Shown piece after piece: positions 48,909 to 61,082 of a stretch of DNA of 64,000 bases. Position 1 is the stretch's first letter. The number at the start of each line of letters is the position of its first letter. This stretch comes from Ginglymostoma cirratum (taxonomy: Eukaryota): contig JAHRHZ010000074.1 in the NCBI GenBank assembly GCA_024137785.1, positions 557,350 to 621,349 on the forward strand, written 5' to 3'. Under the pieces are notes generated by a model, which was not told the origin of the DNA, made no database searches, and was given only the letters and a program-made list of their open reading frames with translations. The translations under genes were made by a program, and so were the position numbers.

Positions 48909-50004
48909 CTATGGAAAAGGCACAGAATCATCACCTCTTCTACCCCTCAGATTCTCAGAAGATGCGTCAATGGAATAGACAACGGAGTAAAAGGACAGAT
49001 GGCATGTTGTTGGAATTTATCTTGAGTCTAGATGCATTGATATCTAAGATTTACATCAAATAATCAGGATTACATTGTAGTATTATAAAGTATTCACAGC
49101 CTGTATTAGGCCATTTACCCAAATGGTCTATGCCTGTGTTTAAGCTACGCATGAACCCCTCCACCTAAATTCATCCAATATTATCAGTATGTCCTTCTGT
49201 TTCCTTCTCTAGCAGATATCAGTTTTAGCTTCCCCTTAAATGCATCAATGCTATCTGCCTCATCTCTTTCACGTGATACTGAATCCCAGGGTCAAAGTTA
49301 TTCCATATTCCAGCAGCAAAGAAACAAAGCTGATATCTAATTCTTTCTCTAATTTATTTCACAGGGTCACTGTGTGGATACGCATTAGATCTGCAGTGGT
49401 TCTCCATTCTAACATGGAAACAATCTGCAGAATATATTAAAAAGTTTTTGCATCAGAGAAACATTAATTTTTGTTGTTAGGAAGAACTTCCCAGAAATTT
49501 TTGTGGGGGGCAAACATGAAGATTTTTTTAGATAGGTGACTGTAAGATAATTCAATTCAATTGACAGAATATAAGTGAGCATTTAAATTGGTTGAGTGGA
49601 TGTTTATAGTGCAATTAGAGTAACAATGAACAGCGATAGTTCAATAAATGCTGGTAACATTACAATAAATTGTACTTAGGCTGCAGCTCTTTGTATAACT
49701 TCAGAGATGCATACATAATTGATCTGTGTCACTGGAAGCAACAAGATAAAGAGATGAACTTAATGCAGCCTATTGCAGGTTAGGTGATGGCAGACAGTCT
49801 CACCGATACCTGGCAGAGACAATACCTCGTTAGATGGTGGAAGCGGCTGATGTGGGAGGCCTGACCACCACTGGCAGGATATTAATCATCCTCATGGGGC
49901 AAGCCTTATTGTCATTCCAATGGCCTTTTTGGATGCGGATGGGATTGGGGGAGGGGGTGGGGTCATTATTGCTCATTATCAGGCACTGACTGTGTAGTAT
50001 GGGG

Positions 50005-50375
50005 AGACAGTGGTATAGCGGTAATGTCACTGGGCTAGTTATCCAGAACACCAGGATAATACTCTAGGGACATGTCTTCAAATCCTGCTATGGCAGATGG
50101 TAAACTTGACTTCAGCAAAACCAAAAACCTGGAATTAGAAGCTAGCCTAATGGCAACCATTTTCGATTGTGTAAAAACCCAATTGGTTCACTATTACACT
50201 TTAGGGAAGTAAATCAGTTATCCTTACTTGGTCTGCTCCATGTATGACTCCAGACCAATGGCAATCTAGTCTTAACTGTCCTCTGAAATGGCCCTGGCAA
50301 GTCACTCAGATCAAGGGGCAATTAGGGAAAGCTTTAAAGACTGCCCCAGCCAGAAATGTCCACATTAATGAAGAG
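50005..50375 (+). mobile_element. tRNA-derived SINE nested in an older element
   Basis: Same family as 29065-29372. Confidence 0.75.
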
Positions 50376-51029
50376 ACAAAAAATTTTGAGGCTCCTGCAT
50401 CAGAAAAGGAGGGATCACTGAAAGGCAGCCACCTGCCTTTAACTTCAATTGTCCAATGCCCTTTCTCCTGTGACCTATCATCCACCCCACAACAGCTAAT
50501 CTGTCCTCATTCCGTACTAGCCTGGGTCTCTCACTGCTGGGTGCATTGCTGGCACCTACCACCACTCTCACGGGCATACACCGGCAATGGAAGGCTGCCA
50601 GCTGTCGGGGAAGTGGGACTTGTTTTGCCACCAGGGTCCTGAATCCCTGGGATGGTCTGAAGGTGTCTATTGAAATGCCTAAAGGATATATCAATCTTGC
50701 TGCACCTCTCACTGATTGAACTGAAAGAATTCAAGGCTGTTTTTCTAACTGATGTGTAAGAAACCCATTAGCCAGACTAAATTCAGCCTAATAATTATAA
50801 AAGCGAGAAGCAATTCCTCGCATGAACACCCTAATCACTATAAATGTAAAATGAAAAATCCTTAGAATTATCTATTGTATGCAACCAACTAAGTCTGGAC
50901 CATTTTGAATGCTCGAAGGTCTTTTTAAAACATACGTATAATACATCTACTATATTACCTTCATTTATTATCTTCCTTTCTTTATAAATAATAATATTTC
51001 CATATATGCTGCTGTGACTTACATAATAT

Positions 51030-51600
51030 ATAGGTTGAGTTGGAGATATCTAGAATTGTCTGACATCGGGATGATTTTACAGCTTGATAAATTATGAAGT
51101 AGCTGAATGTAATCAATTGGATGCTAAGTCTGAACAAAACCTTGAGGTTATTCAGTTGTATTCTTTGACCTGATCACAATCGTGTTAATTCTAGTGGAAA
51201 TAATAATCTATCTCAAAGGCCGAAGGAAGAAACTTTTGTTTTGTGTCCAAATGTTATGCCATATTCAGAGTTCAAAACATGTTTCAGCCCCAATGCCTGC
51301 TGATGTGAAGAGTCTAAAGTTGTTCTGGAGGCTCTTTTTTATTGTTAAGGTGGGCTCCTGGGATTGTGGTATTTGGAGTTTGATGTATGTTTGGCAGATG
51401 CAATAGAAGCAGCTTATGCATAGGTAGCTTGACAGATGGTGCAGTACTTAAGCTCTTTCTCTGTCTTCATCGTGCCTCGGAGCTTACAGACTGGATAGAG
51501 ATTATAGAAATGTGATCTGTCCTTGGTGATAGGAAAACATAAGCTGATGTGTTGTGGCTGAACAAGGAATTAGAAGGATGATCTGCAGAGTCATCATTCA
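51030..51600 (-). pseudogene. Candidate hantavirid-like glycoprotein precursor relic (Gn cytoplasmic-tail zinc fingers)
   Basis: YPVCKLRGTMKTEKELKYCTICQATYA*AASIASAKHTSNS (51375-51497), bracketed by hydrophobic segments. Resembles hantavirus CxxC..TxKELKxH..CxxC..HxxxC. Confidence 0.45.
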
Positions 51601-52139
51601 GCTCATTTGTTACTCATAAATTTGCCTCTGTTCTCACTACTGGCAACCATCAACAATTAAAAATATACAGACACACATTGTTAATCCTTAAAGTAAATGA
51701 GGCCAGAGGATCTGTGATTAGGAATTTCATCAGAATTTAAAAGCAGTTACAAAAACAATGCATTAGCTTCTGATAGTTGGTTCAAAAGGAAACAAGTTCT
51801 CTTGCCAATTTAATGCAATTTATCACTACTTAAAACATTGTTCTGATCAACCAGATACTTGTGGCTGTGCATCTTACACTGTCAGAGCATGTTGAAATGA
51901 ACCAAAGATGGATGTTTGAGAAAAAAATGTTAATGTAATATAAACTGTGATAATCCAGAGTTTCAGGTAAGCAGTACATATACCCATCACTCTCACACAA
52001 CATTAGGAATTCAATTTAAAGAGTAGCAGGTATGCTTAAAAATTAGCTAGATTTATTCTTATTTCGAAACAATTTTATTCAGAAATAAACATTTCTGAAG
52101 CATGACATTCTGTTTTGCAAGTTCAATTATTGCCTTTTA

Positions 52140-52445
52140 GATGTGATGTTCAATGGAGGCCCTGCCTACCTCACAGGTGGGCATCAAATTCCCATGAAGC
52201 ACTTCAAAGATGAGCAAGAAGGTCCTCTTTGAAGTCTTAGCCAATATTTACTCGCTTAACCAATACCACTAAAAGAACAGATTATCTTATTGTTGTTGGC
52301 AGGATCTTGTTTTGCCTAAATTATCTGTCATGTTTCCGACATTACAAAAGTCAACATATATCGAATAGTACTTCTTTGACTGTGGAATGCTTTGGGTAGT
52401 CCTGACATTGTTAAAAGTGATATATAATTGTATGCTTTTCCTTTC
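52140..52445 (+). mobile_element. DeuSINE (SacSINE1/AmnSINE1-like) fragment
   Basis: tcccatgaagcac...gccaatatttactc...acagattatct core and an L2-like tail. Confidence 0.6.
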
Positions 52446-53003
52446 ATCTGTGTGTTCTTCAAAGTCAGGGCTCAAATGTCCATGGCAGAGGATAAATGAA
52501 CTAGGCCAGTAGCAAGTTATTTTAGGTCCTATCAGCAGTTTTCAGTGAGGTCTTTCTTGGTGTGAAAGCTGGGCCCAAATAAACAAAGTTAAATGGGCTA
52601 TGCCATCTAGTTACCAATTTGCCAGGTAAAAAATAGCATTTTTCCTTACTTATCTTGCTAAAGCTAAAATTTTCAACATCTTTGCCATGTCTTCTCTTAA
52701 CCTTAACTGCTCTTTTCAAAAATAAACTTCTGTTCATAGTTAATATTTGATGAGTCTCTCTTCAGAGTTGATCATCTCTGATATTATTTTATTAACCCTC
52801 AAAGGACTCCGAAATCCTTCCTAAATTGGGAAACCCAAAAATAGACATGCAGTGTTCAGATAAGTAAATCATTCAATAACTATCCTCTCAGTTTGGGGTT
52901 GTCAATCTTCTAGGATTGGTCTAGATTCCCCAAGAACAAGGATTAATCTTCAGGACACTCCACAACAACTCTGGAGTAAAATCACCAGTCAATAGAAACA
53001 AAG

Positions 53004-53770
53004 AGATAACAAGGTATAGAGCTGGATGAACACAGTAGGTCAAGCAGCATCAGAGGAGCAGGAAGGCTGACATTTTGGGTCTAGACCCTTCTTCAGAAAT
53101 GGGGGAGGGGAAGGGGGTTCTGAAATAAATAGGGAGAGAGGGGGAGGCGGATAGAAGATAGATAGAGGAGAAGATAGGTGGAGAGGAGACAGACAGGTCA
53201 AAGAGGCAGGGATGGAGCCAATAAAGGTAAGTGTAGGTGGGGAGTTAGGGAGGAGATAGGTCAGTCCAGGGAGGACGGACAGATCAAGGGGGTGGGATGA
53301 GGTTAGTTAGGTAGGAGATGGGGGTGGGGCTTGAGGTGGGAGGAGGGGATAGGTGGGAGGAAGGACAGGTTAGGGAGGCGGGGACGAGCTGGGCTGGTTT
53401 TGGGATACGGTAGGGGGAGGGGAGATTTTGAAGCTTGTGAAGTCCACATTGATACCATTGGGCTGCAGGGTTCCCAAGTGGAATATAAGTTGTTGTTCCT
53501 GCAACCTTTGGGTGGCATTGTTGTGGCACTGCAGGAGGCCTAGGATAGACATGTTGTCTGAGGAATGGGAGGGGGAGTTGAAATGGTTCGCGACTGGGAG
53601 GTGCAGTTGTTTAGTGTGAACCGAGCGTAGGTGTTCTGCAAAGCGGTCCCCAAGCCTCCATTTGGTTTCCCAGATGTAGAGGAGGCCACAACGGGAACAG
53701 CAGATGCAGTATACCACATTAGCAGATGTGCAGGTGAACATCTGCTTGATGCGGAAAGTCTTCTTGGGCT
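53004..53770 (-). mobile_element. Penelope-like element 3' part with GIY-YIG endonuclease
   Basis: FTCTSANVVYCICCSRCGLLYIWETKWRLGDRFAEHLRSV..PVANHFNSPSH..LGTLQPNGIN, plus a terminal hammerhead-like motif at about 53065-53100. Confidence 0.92.
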
Positions 53771-54329
53771 TTGCATTTTCTTCAAATAACTGTGTACTGC
53801 TCAGAAAATATTGAACATGAGATTCTCGAATTAGCCCAATTACATAAATTTCCATTGTGCAAAAAATAGTGATATGTCATTAGGATGGACGTATTGGGTG
53901 ACAAAATGTAGGGGCATGGGGTGGAACATTTAGAGGCAAGAATTCATGAGATGTAACTTCCAGGGATACCTTTAACCAGTGTTGGTAACTGCGATAGATA
54001 TATGCCCAATCTAGTGGACAAAACCTTCAGCCTAATATTGTACAGTGCATTACATTAATTCCCCAGCCTGCTTTGCCAATTTCCTGTGAGTTTGAAATCT
54101 TCTTCAAACAATTTTGCTCTTGCCAATTTACAAACAATATAAGTTGCTTTCCAATTTAATACATGCAGATTTTATAATTCTAGATATTCTTAATTAAATT
54201 AGGTACGAATACACATGACACTATCAGCCTTAAACAAGTTACTGCTGTAACTTAATGACATGATAGAATAGGCTTCCATCATACTTGCATACATTAATTT
54301 AAATTTTCTCAAAAAGCATTACAGTTACT

Positions 54330-54920
54330 TTTGCTTAATGCTAATCTTCTTTTTAGAACTTCCGGGCAGAATGATTTAGTGATGGAAAGAAACAGACTGA
54401 TTCCAAAAGCTGGGAGATGAATTAAGAAAAGATAGAGAAACAAAATGATTTTCTGGGCCAAGTAGAGCAAATCCTATGAATAAGTACCCAATGCTTCTTA
54501 CAGAAATGTGGCTTAATGACAATGTTTCACAACTAAGTGCTAAGTGCTAAGATCGGATGTTGAGTAAACTAATATTCCCCTTTTTGATAAAAGTAATCTT
54601 GAATAAAAGAAGCCAATGGAAGTCCATACATTATATGACTGTTGAAATGCCTGAATTTTTTTATGTTTTCATCAAAACTGGAACAGGCCTGAATACTTTT
54701 GACAATGATATTGCCCATCTTGTCAAATGAAAAAAACCTTTGAAAATCTTGATAGTGAGAATAATCAGGCAGACAGGATAACAATCAGAAATAAATATGC
54801 TTCATTGTATAGATCCTTACACTTGTTATACCTTTTTGCTAAATTGCCTTTGAGAATGACAAGGATCTCAGAAGAGTTTTTAATGCTTAAGCCAGAGATT
54901 TTTGTAAGATACTTAACATC
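54330..54920 (-). pseudogene. Possible bunyavirus-type L relic (downstream of motif E)
   Basis: MKHIYF*LLSCLPDYSHYQDFQ..KMG...MYGLP loosely matches hantavirus K...SLSDLPGLGYFDDL..LG...LYG; weak. Confidence 0.3.
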
Positions 54921-54924
54921 AGCC

Positions 54925-55735
54925 TCCATTTATTTAGTGCCACTAACATAAGAAAATAACCAAAAATGCTTCGCAGGAACATAATAAAACAGAATATTAA
55001 AACAAGCTACAGAAGATGATATTAGGACACATGACAAATTTTGATTAACAAAGTAAGTTTTCAAAGAGCAAAGTGAGATAGGAATGGTATTCCATAGCTT
55101 GGGGTGTAAACATCGAAAAGGATGGCCATCAATGGTTCATCAACTCTAACTAGAAGTCCGCAAGAGGCCAGAATTAGAGAAACGCAGATATCTAGGAGGG
55201 TTTTGAGGTTGGAGGAAAGTCCAAACACGGGAATGGGCATGAGTATGAAAGGGCTTCAAAACAAGGATGATAGTTTTAATTCACTTCTTTCTTTGACCAT
55301 GAGCTAATGTTGAAGCACAGGAATAGTAGGGGAATGGAATTTGCTATGAATTAAAATAAATGCAGCAGAGTTTAGGGTACCTTAAGTTTACAGAACGTTA
55401 GGAAATAATCTTAAATCAGGAGCGCATTGATCAAAGCTAGAGGTAACAAGGGCCTCTATTAGGTTTTCAGTTGTAGATGAGCTGAGAAAGGAGTGTAGTT
55501 GAGTAATCTGAGGAAGTTGGAAAAAGCGGTTGCAATGATACCATGAAATTGAGGTGAGAAATTCAACTCAGGATGAAATGTGGCACCAAAGTTATGAGAT
55601 GACTTGTCTAATCTCAACTACTGCCAGGAAGAGACATAGACTCAGTTGTTAGAGAAGGGAGTTTGGATGGTTGCAGTGTCTTCAATAATTAATGTAAGAA
55701 AATCTCTGCCCGTCCTGAATTAGTCTTTGGATAAT
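54925..55735 (-). mobile_element. L2 LINE 3' fragment
   Basis: Reverse-complement similarity to 46180-46965. Confidence 0.65.
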
Positions 55736-56299
55736 CTAAACTTAGCAACAGTTTAAACCCAAAATATGAAGACAAAACAACAACATTTTGAGTTTGTTGT
55801 AGTTGCATATGAAATTCTCTTGATAGACTGATATTCAGTCAAAGAAAGATGAGCATGAGACTTGACATACCAGTGCAATCATTGGTTACATTAAGGGAGT
55901 CCTCATTTTGGTCAATTACTGAGTGGGGATTCTAGGTTGGATGCAGGGTGGAAATGGGGCAATAGTGACCTTAAAATAACTGAGAATCAATCTTATCTTG
56001 GTTCAGCGAGAAGAAATGGAATGGTCATAGCTAAAATGTAGCTGTCATGCACATTTTGATTTTTGTCTCTCAGATCCTACATACCACTGGCCAATCTACA
56101 CACCTCTTGAAAGCAGGCAGGAGACTTTCCATTATATTTTAGGGGGACATGGTGGTGTAACAGTGATGTTGCTGGATCAGTAATGCAGAGGCCCAGGTAA
56201 ATGCTCTAGGGGCGCAAGTTCAAATCTCACAACAGAGCAAAAACAAGGATTTAAATTCAATTAATTGGTTCTGGGCCTCTAAATTACGAATCCAGTGAG

Positions 56300-56842
56300 T
56301 TGGAGTACTGTGAGCAGGTTTGAGCACTGCACCTTAAGAAGAATACATTAGCCTTGGAAGGAGTAAAATGTAGGTTTACAAGAATGAAAGCTTGACTTCA
56401 GAAATTAAATAATGAGGAGAAATTAAATAAATTAACCCTGCATTCTTTACAATTTAGAAGGTTAAAGGGTGATCTGATCAAAATCTACAAGTTATGAGCA
56501 GGATAAGACAGGGTAGATAAAGATAAACTTTCCACTGGTTGGGGATTCTAGAACCTGAGGGCGTAGTCTGAGAATTAGGACCAGACTGTTTAGGAGAGAT
56601 GTCAGGAAGCACCTCTACACACAAAGGGTTGAAGAGGTTTAGAACTCTTTTCTACAAATGGCAGTGGATGCTAGATCAGTTGTTAATTTTAAAGCTGAGA
56701 TAGTCAAATTTTTGTTGAGCAAAAGTATTATAGATTTGGGCCAAAGGCAGGAAAATGAAGTTAGGCAACAGGTCAGTCATGATCTCATTGAATGGTGGAA
56801 CAGATTTGAGGAGCTGAATGGTCTACTCCTGTTCCTATGTTC
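56300..56842 (+). mobile_element. CR1 LINE 3' fragment
   Basis: LEYCEQ, RRLKGDLIKIYK and a CR1 3' UTR. Confidence 0.85.
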
Positions 56843-58839
56843 CCATCATCACACTACCACCATCTGCCTGTGATGTGAAGCAGCAAAGCTCCCAAAATAC
56901 AGGCACTTTTATGAGGAGACAGGAGACGTAAATGAACATTAAGGGTCATTTCCACTCCAGGTCCCATCTCCTTTGCAGTCATTCACTTCTCCATCCTGAC
57001 CTACCTACCTGCTAAACTTGTCAGTTCTGAGAATGCACAAATGGATGCCTGCTCAACTTGTTTATGTATGTTAAGGAAGCCTGATTCTTGACATTGACTG
57101 AATGCTGCACTACAGAAACAAATGAATGGCCCACCACTGCCCATTCATTCCATGCCTGTAATTAAAATCTTCCCTATTATTTTTGGATTCGATAGCAACA
57201 ATTACTTACTCATGAAGTAACAATGTCATTAATACCCGAGATGGTGCCGAAATTTATGCACCGAAATCCAAATAAAGTTTCTCAATGAGGTTAAGATGGA
57301 TTTGAAGTCGCTTGACGTACAAAAGTGGAATAAAATAAACATGCTAAAATTTGAGAAGTTAAGCAACAGTGACTCATTCTTGTGTGTATAGTCCATGAAA
57401 AACACACTTTATTAATTTGTCAGAATCATGCATTTCTTTTATGAAATATGAAGAATGGTATGCAGTACAACATTGTTACTTCAGGAAATACTTTTCCAAC
57501 AAAAAAATGAGAATCCATTGTTAAGATTTGAGAACTGAAGTAATTGAATACTATGTAACATGAACATGTATAAACCTGAAAGTGTAAACATTTTACTTCT
57601 GACCCAAAGGGCAAAACATTCAGTATCATGACATGAGAATTGGAATGAGAATTGAGACTTATTTCTGAAAAAATCTTGAAGACTGAAAAATTAAGGCATT
57701 CAAATTACTGATCTCAACATTCCAAAAGCATAGACTGCCCAAATGAATCTTCTCATCCTACCCCTCTCGCCCCATCTCAACTCCAGCCACTACACCAACT
57801 GCATTTCAAAGAATGATTGAAAATAAAACAGGCATAATAAAAATGAAGATTACATACCATTGTTCTTGTTCCAGCCTTGACTCCTGCTAGAACTGAGGGA
57901 CCTAGAGTCATCATACACACCTTGTAACATTTTCCTCTTTTCCCATGACATTGTCATTTTTTTAGAGATCAGAAGCTACCCACTAAATATCTGAGATATT
58001 GTTGGAAAGAAGGACAGGTTTTCAAAGCTTTCCATATTGGACTCATCAGGACATACATACGAATGCCAAATTTCAAATGATTAATTTAAACTATAAGAGA
58101 AAATGTCCGTGTTGGTTGGCAATTCAACTCTGATTGACTGAGGCGTTGCTATAGAGAAGGTAACAGAGCACTACAGACATCTCTAGCTGCCAGGTAATTC
58201 AAAAAAGGCACAAGGCTTGAAAGTATTCCTTTTGGTTTCAGAGAAGAGATCCCTGCATAAGATGGTATGTGTTCTTCTGGCAAGAGAGTGACTGAGCCCA
58301 CGTTATGAGTTTGATTGATTATCTTATAGCTATTGTCCTACTAGATAGATTTGATGTGCTCTGTTTGACTGTGGTTGTATCTACAAGTTTGCTGATCTCG
58401 ACATAACATGTATGGAGCTATATCAATCCGAACATATATATTCATCGATGAAGGTAAGCTTGTGGATTCAAGTTGTGGAGAAACTATTAGCAATTACCTT
58501 AATCTACCTATGCTTTCAAAACTCAAAGCAAGCGCCTAATGACTGATAAGAATCTGTGATTGGGTAACAATTGTTGAGAAATCCTGAGTGTGCAAATAGC
58601 TACATTAAGGATTAATTTAGGATCATCAGTCAAACTCATAATATGGTTCAATTTTACTTGCTAGAAGATACAGATATTCATATGTAATGGTCCCATTCTC
58701 AGCCAGCAAGGGACAAGTTGGTCACCTTTTTTGAATTACCCAGGACTTGGGGACAGAAGACCAAAACTTTCTGCAACAAACCTGTCTTATCATCAAAATG
58801 CAAGCTCTGTATGTATGATCAAATAACGGTAAATATTCA

Positions 58840-60575
58840 AAACAAAAACAAATTGCTGGAAAAACTCAGCAGGTCTGGCAGCATCTGTGGAAAGAAATCA
58901 AAGTTAACAATTTGGTTCCAATGATCCTTCTTTAGAACTGATGATAGCTCGGAGAAGGTTGACATTTATACAGAAGATGGGGCAGGGGGGAGGGGGGAGA
59001 GTAAATGATAGGTGGAGATAAAGCCCAAAGAGGGAGGAAAATAGTTGCACAGACAAAGGAGTGAGTAAAGGTCAATCTGAAGGAATAAATATCTGCTCAT
59101 AGGGGCTATTAGGAGCTGACATTGGGTTGTGTGTGGTAGCAGCCCATGTGATGACAAGGATTGGGTGAGTGGGGGTTGGGATAAGGGGCCTCAAGCCCTA
59201 AAATTATTGAACTTGATATTGAGTCCAGAAGGCTGCAGAGTTCCCAAGTGTAAAATGAGGTGCTCTTCTTCTAACTTGCGCTGAGCTTCGCTGCAGCAGA
59301 GCAGCAAGCCTGAGACAGATATTGGCCAGGGAACATGGTAGTGTGTTGAAGTGGCAGGTAACATGAAGATCAGGGTCTTTTTTGCAGACAGAATGTAGGT
59401 GTTCTGCGAAGCGATCAGCCAGTCAGGGCTTCACTTCCCCAATTGTTGAGGAGACCACATTGTGAGCAGCGAATGCACTAGACTAGATTGTGGGAAGTGC
59501 AGGTAAAGTGCTGCTTCACCTGGAAAATGTGTATGGGCCCTTGGATACTGAGGAGGAAGGAAGTAAACAGGCAGGCATTACACCTTCTGCACTCGCAGGG
59601 GAAGGTGCCATTGGGCTGTGGGAGGCTTTTGGGAGTGAAGGCGGAGCGGACCAGGGTGTCCTGGATGGAATGGTCCCTGCAGAAGGCTGACATGGGAAGG
59701 GAGTGGAATATGTGTCTGGTGGTGGCATACTGCTGGAGGTGGGTGGAACTGGCTGTTGTGGAAGGGAAGAGAGGTGGAGAGGGCCAAAGTGAGCAACATA
59801 AACAAGGGGGCTTCCATCTTCTTCCTCAACTAAGGATTCCCCAGCACCTTAGTTGACAAGGCCCTTAGCCAGGTATGATCCTGCACTTCAATTTAGTATA
59901 CTGTATTTGCTTTTCACAATGTGGTCTCCTCTACATTGGTAAATGAAGCCCAGACTAGGTGACCAATTTGCAGAACATTATGTTCTGTCTGCTAAAAAGA
60001 CTCTGAGCTTCCAGTTTCCTGCCACTTCAACACACCACCTTGTTCCATGGCCAACATGTCTGCCTCAGGCTTGCTGACGTGCTCCAGCGAAGCTTAGCAC
60101 AAGCTGGAAGAACAGCACCTCATTTTACACTTAGAAACCCTGCAGCCTTCTGGACTCAATGTCTAGTTCAATAATTTTAAGGCTTGAGGCCATGTCCTTA
60201 CCCCAAAGTCCACACACCGGTCCTTGTCATCACACAGGCTACTATCACACACAACCCATTGTCAGCTTCCAACAGCCGCCATTTGGAGCTATTCATTCCC
60301 CCAGGCTGACCATTACCCAACCCTTTGCCTATCCAACTGTTTTTCTCTCTCTTTGAGCTTTACCTCCACCTATTATTTACTCTTCACCCCTCCACCCTTA
60401 CCCCATCTTCTGCAAAAATATCAACTTTCTCCGAGCTACCATCAATTCTGAAGAAGGGTCACTGGACCTGAAATGTTAACTGATTCCTCTCCACAAATGT
60501 TCCCAGACCTGTTGGTTTTTTCCAGGAATTCCTGTCTTTCTTTCTGATTTCCGGCATCCACGTTCCTTTCAGTTT
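58840..60575. mobile_element. Penelope-like element pair in inverted (head-to-head) orientation
   Basis: A minus copy (58840-59750) and a plus copy (59880-60575) both carry GIY-YIG remnants and the same long tail with a hammerhead-like motif. Confidence 0.85.
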
Positions 60576-60914
60576 TTTGTAAATACCCAAAAACTGATAT
60601 TGACAAATTTACCCAGAATCACCATTTTATGATTACTTAGAATTCAGAATGTGATTGCATTCTTCTCATCCCTATCATCAAAAATTTGAAATTCTCCTTA
60701 GAATATAAATGACCACCTTTGCTGCTTCAAGCTTCAGTTGCTGGCATTGTATGATTTAAAGTAACTATTATATTGTGATAAAACTTTAAGAGCTTGTTAT
60801 GTAATGAAAGTCACTTTGAGCCATGTATCCTTCTGACCTGACAATGTGACTGATGGTGTTATGTTGCCTTAATTTATCCCAAGATGACTTGTCTGTTACT
60901 AGAGCTTATTGCTA

Positions 60915-61082
<168 letters not shown>

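Noticed and set aside
53370-53855. 161-aa GIY-YIG ORF as a host nuclease gene
   Set aside because: It is a 5'-truncated Penelope-like element. The N-terminal about 28 aa come from flanking DNA and YIG is mutated to YIW.
58330-58700. Another possible viral coding relic
   Set aside because: Only a frame of about 60 codons with no recognisable motif, which is too little support.
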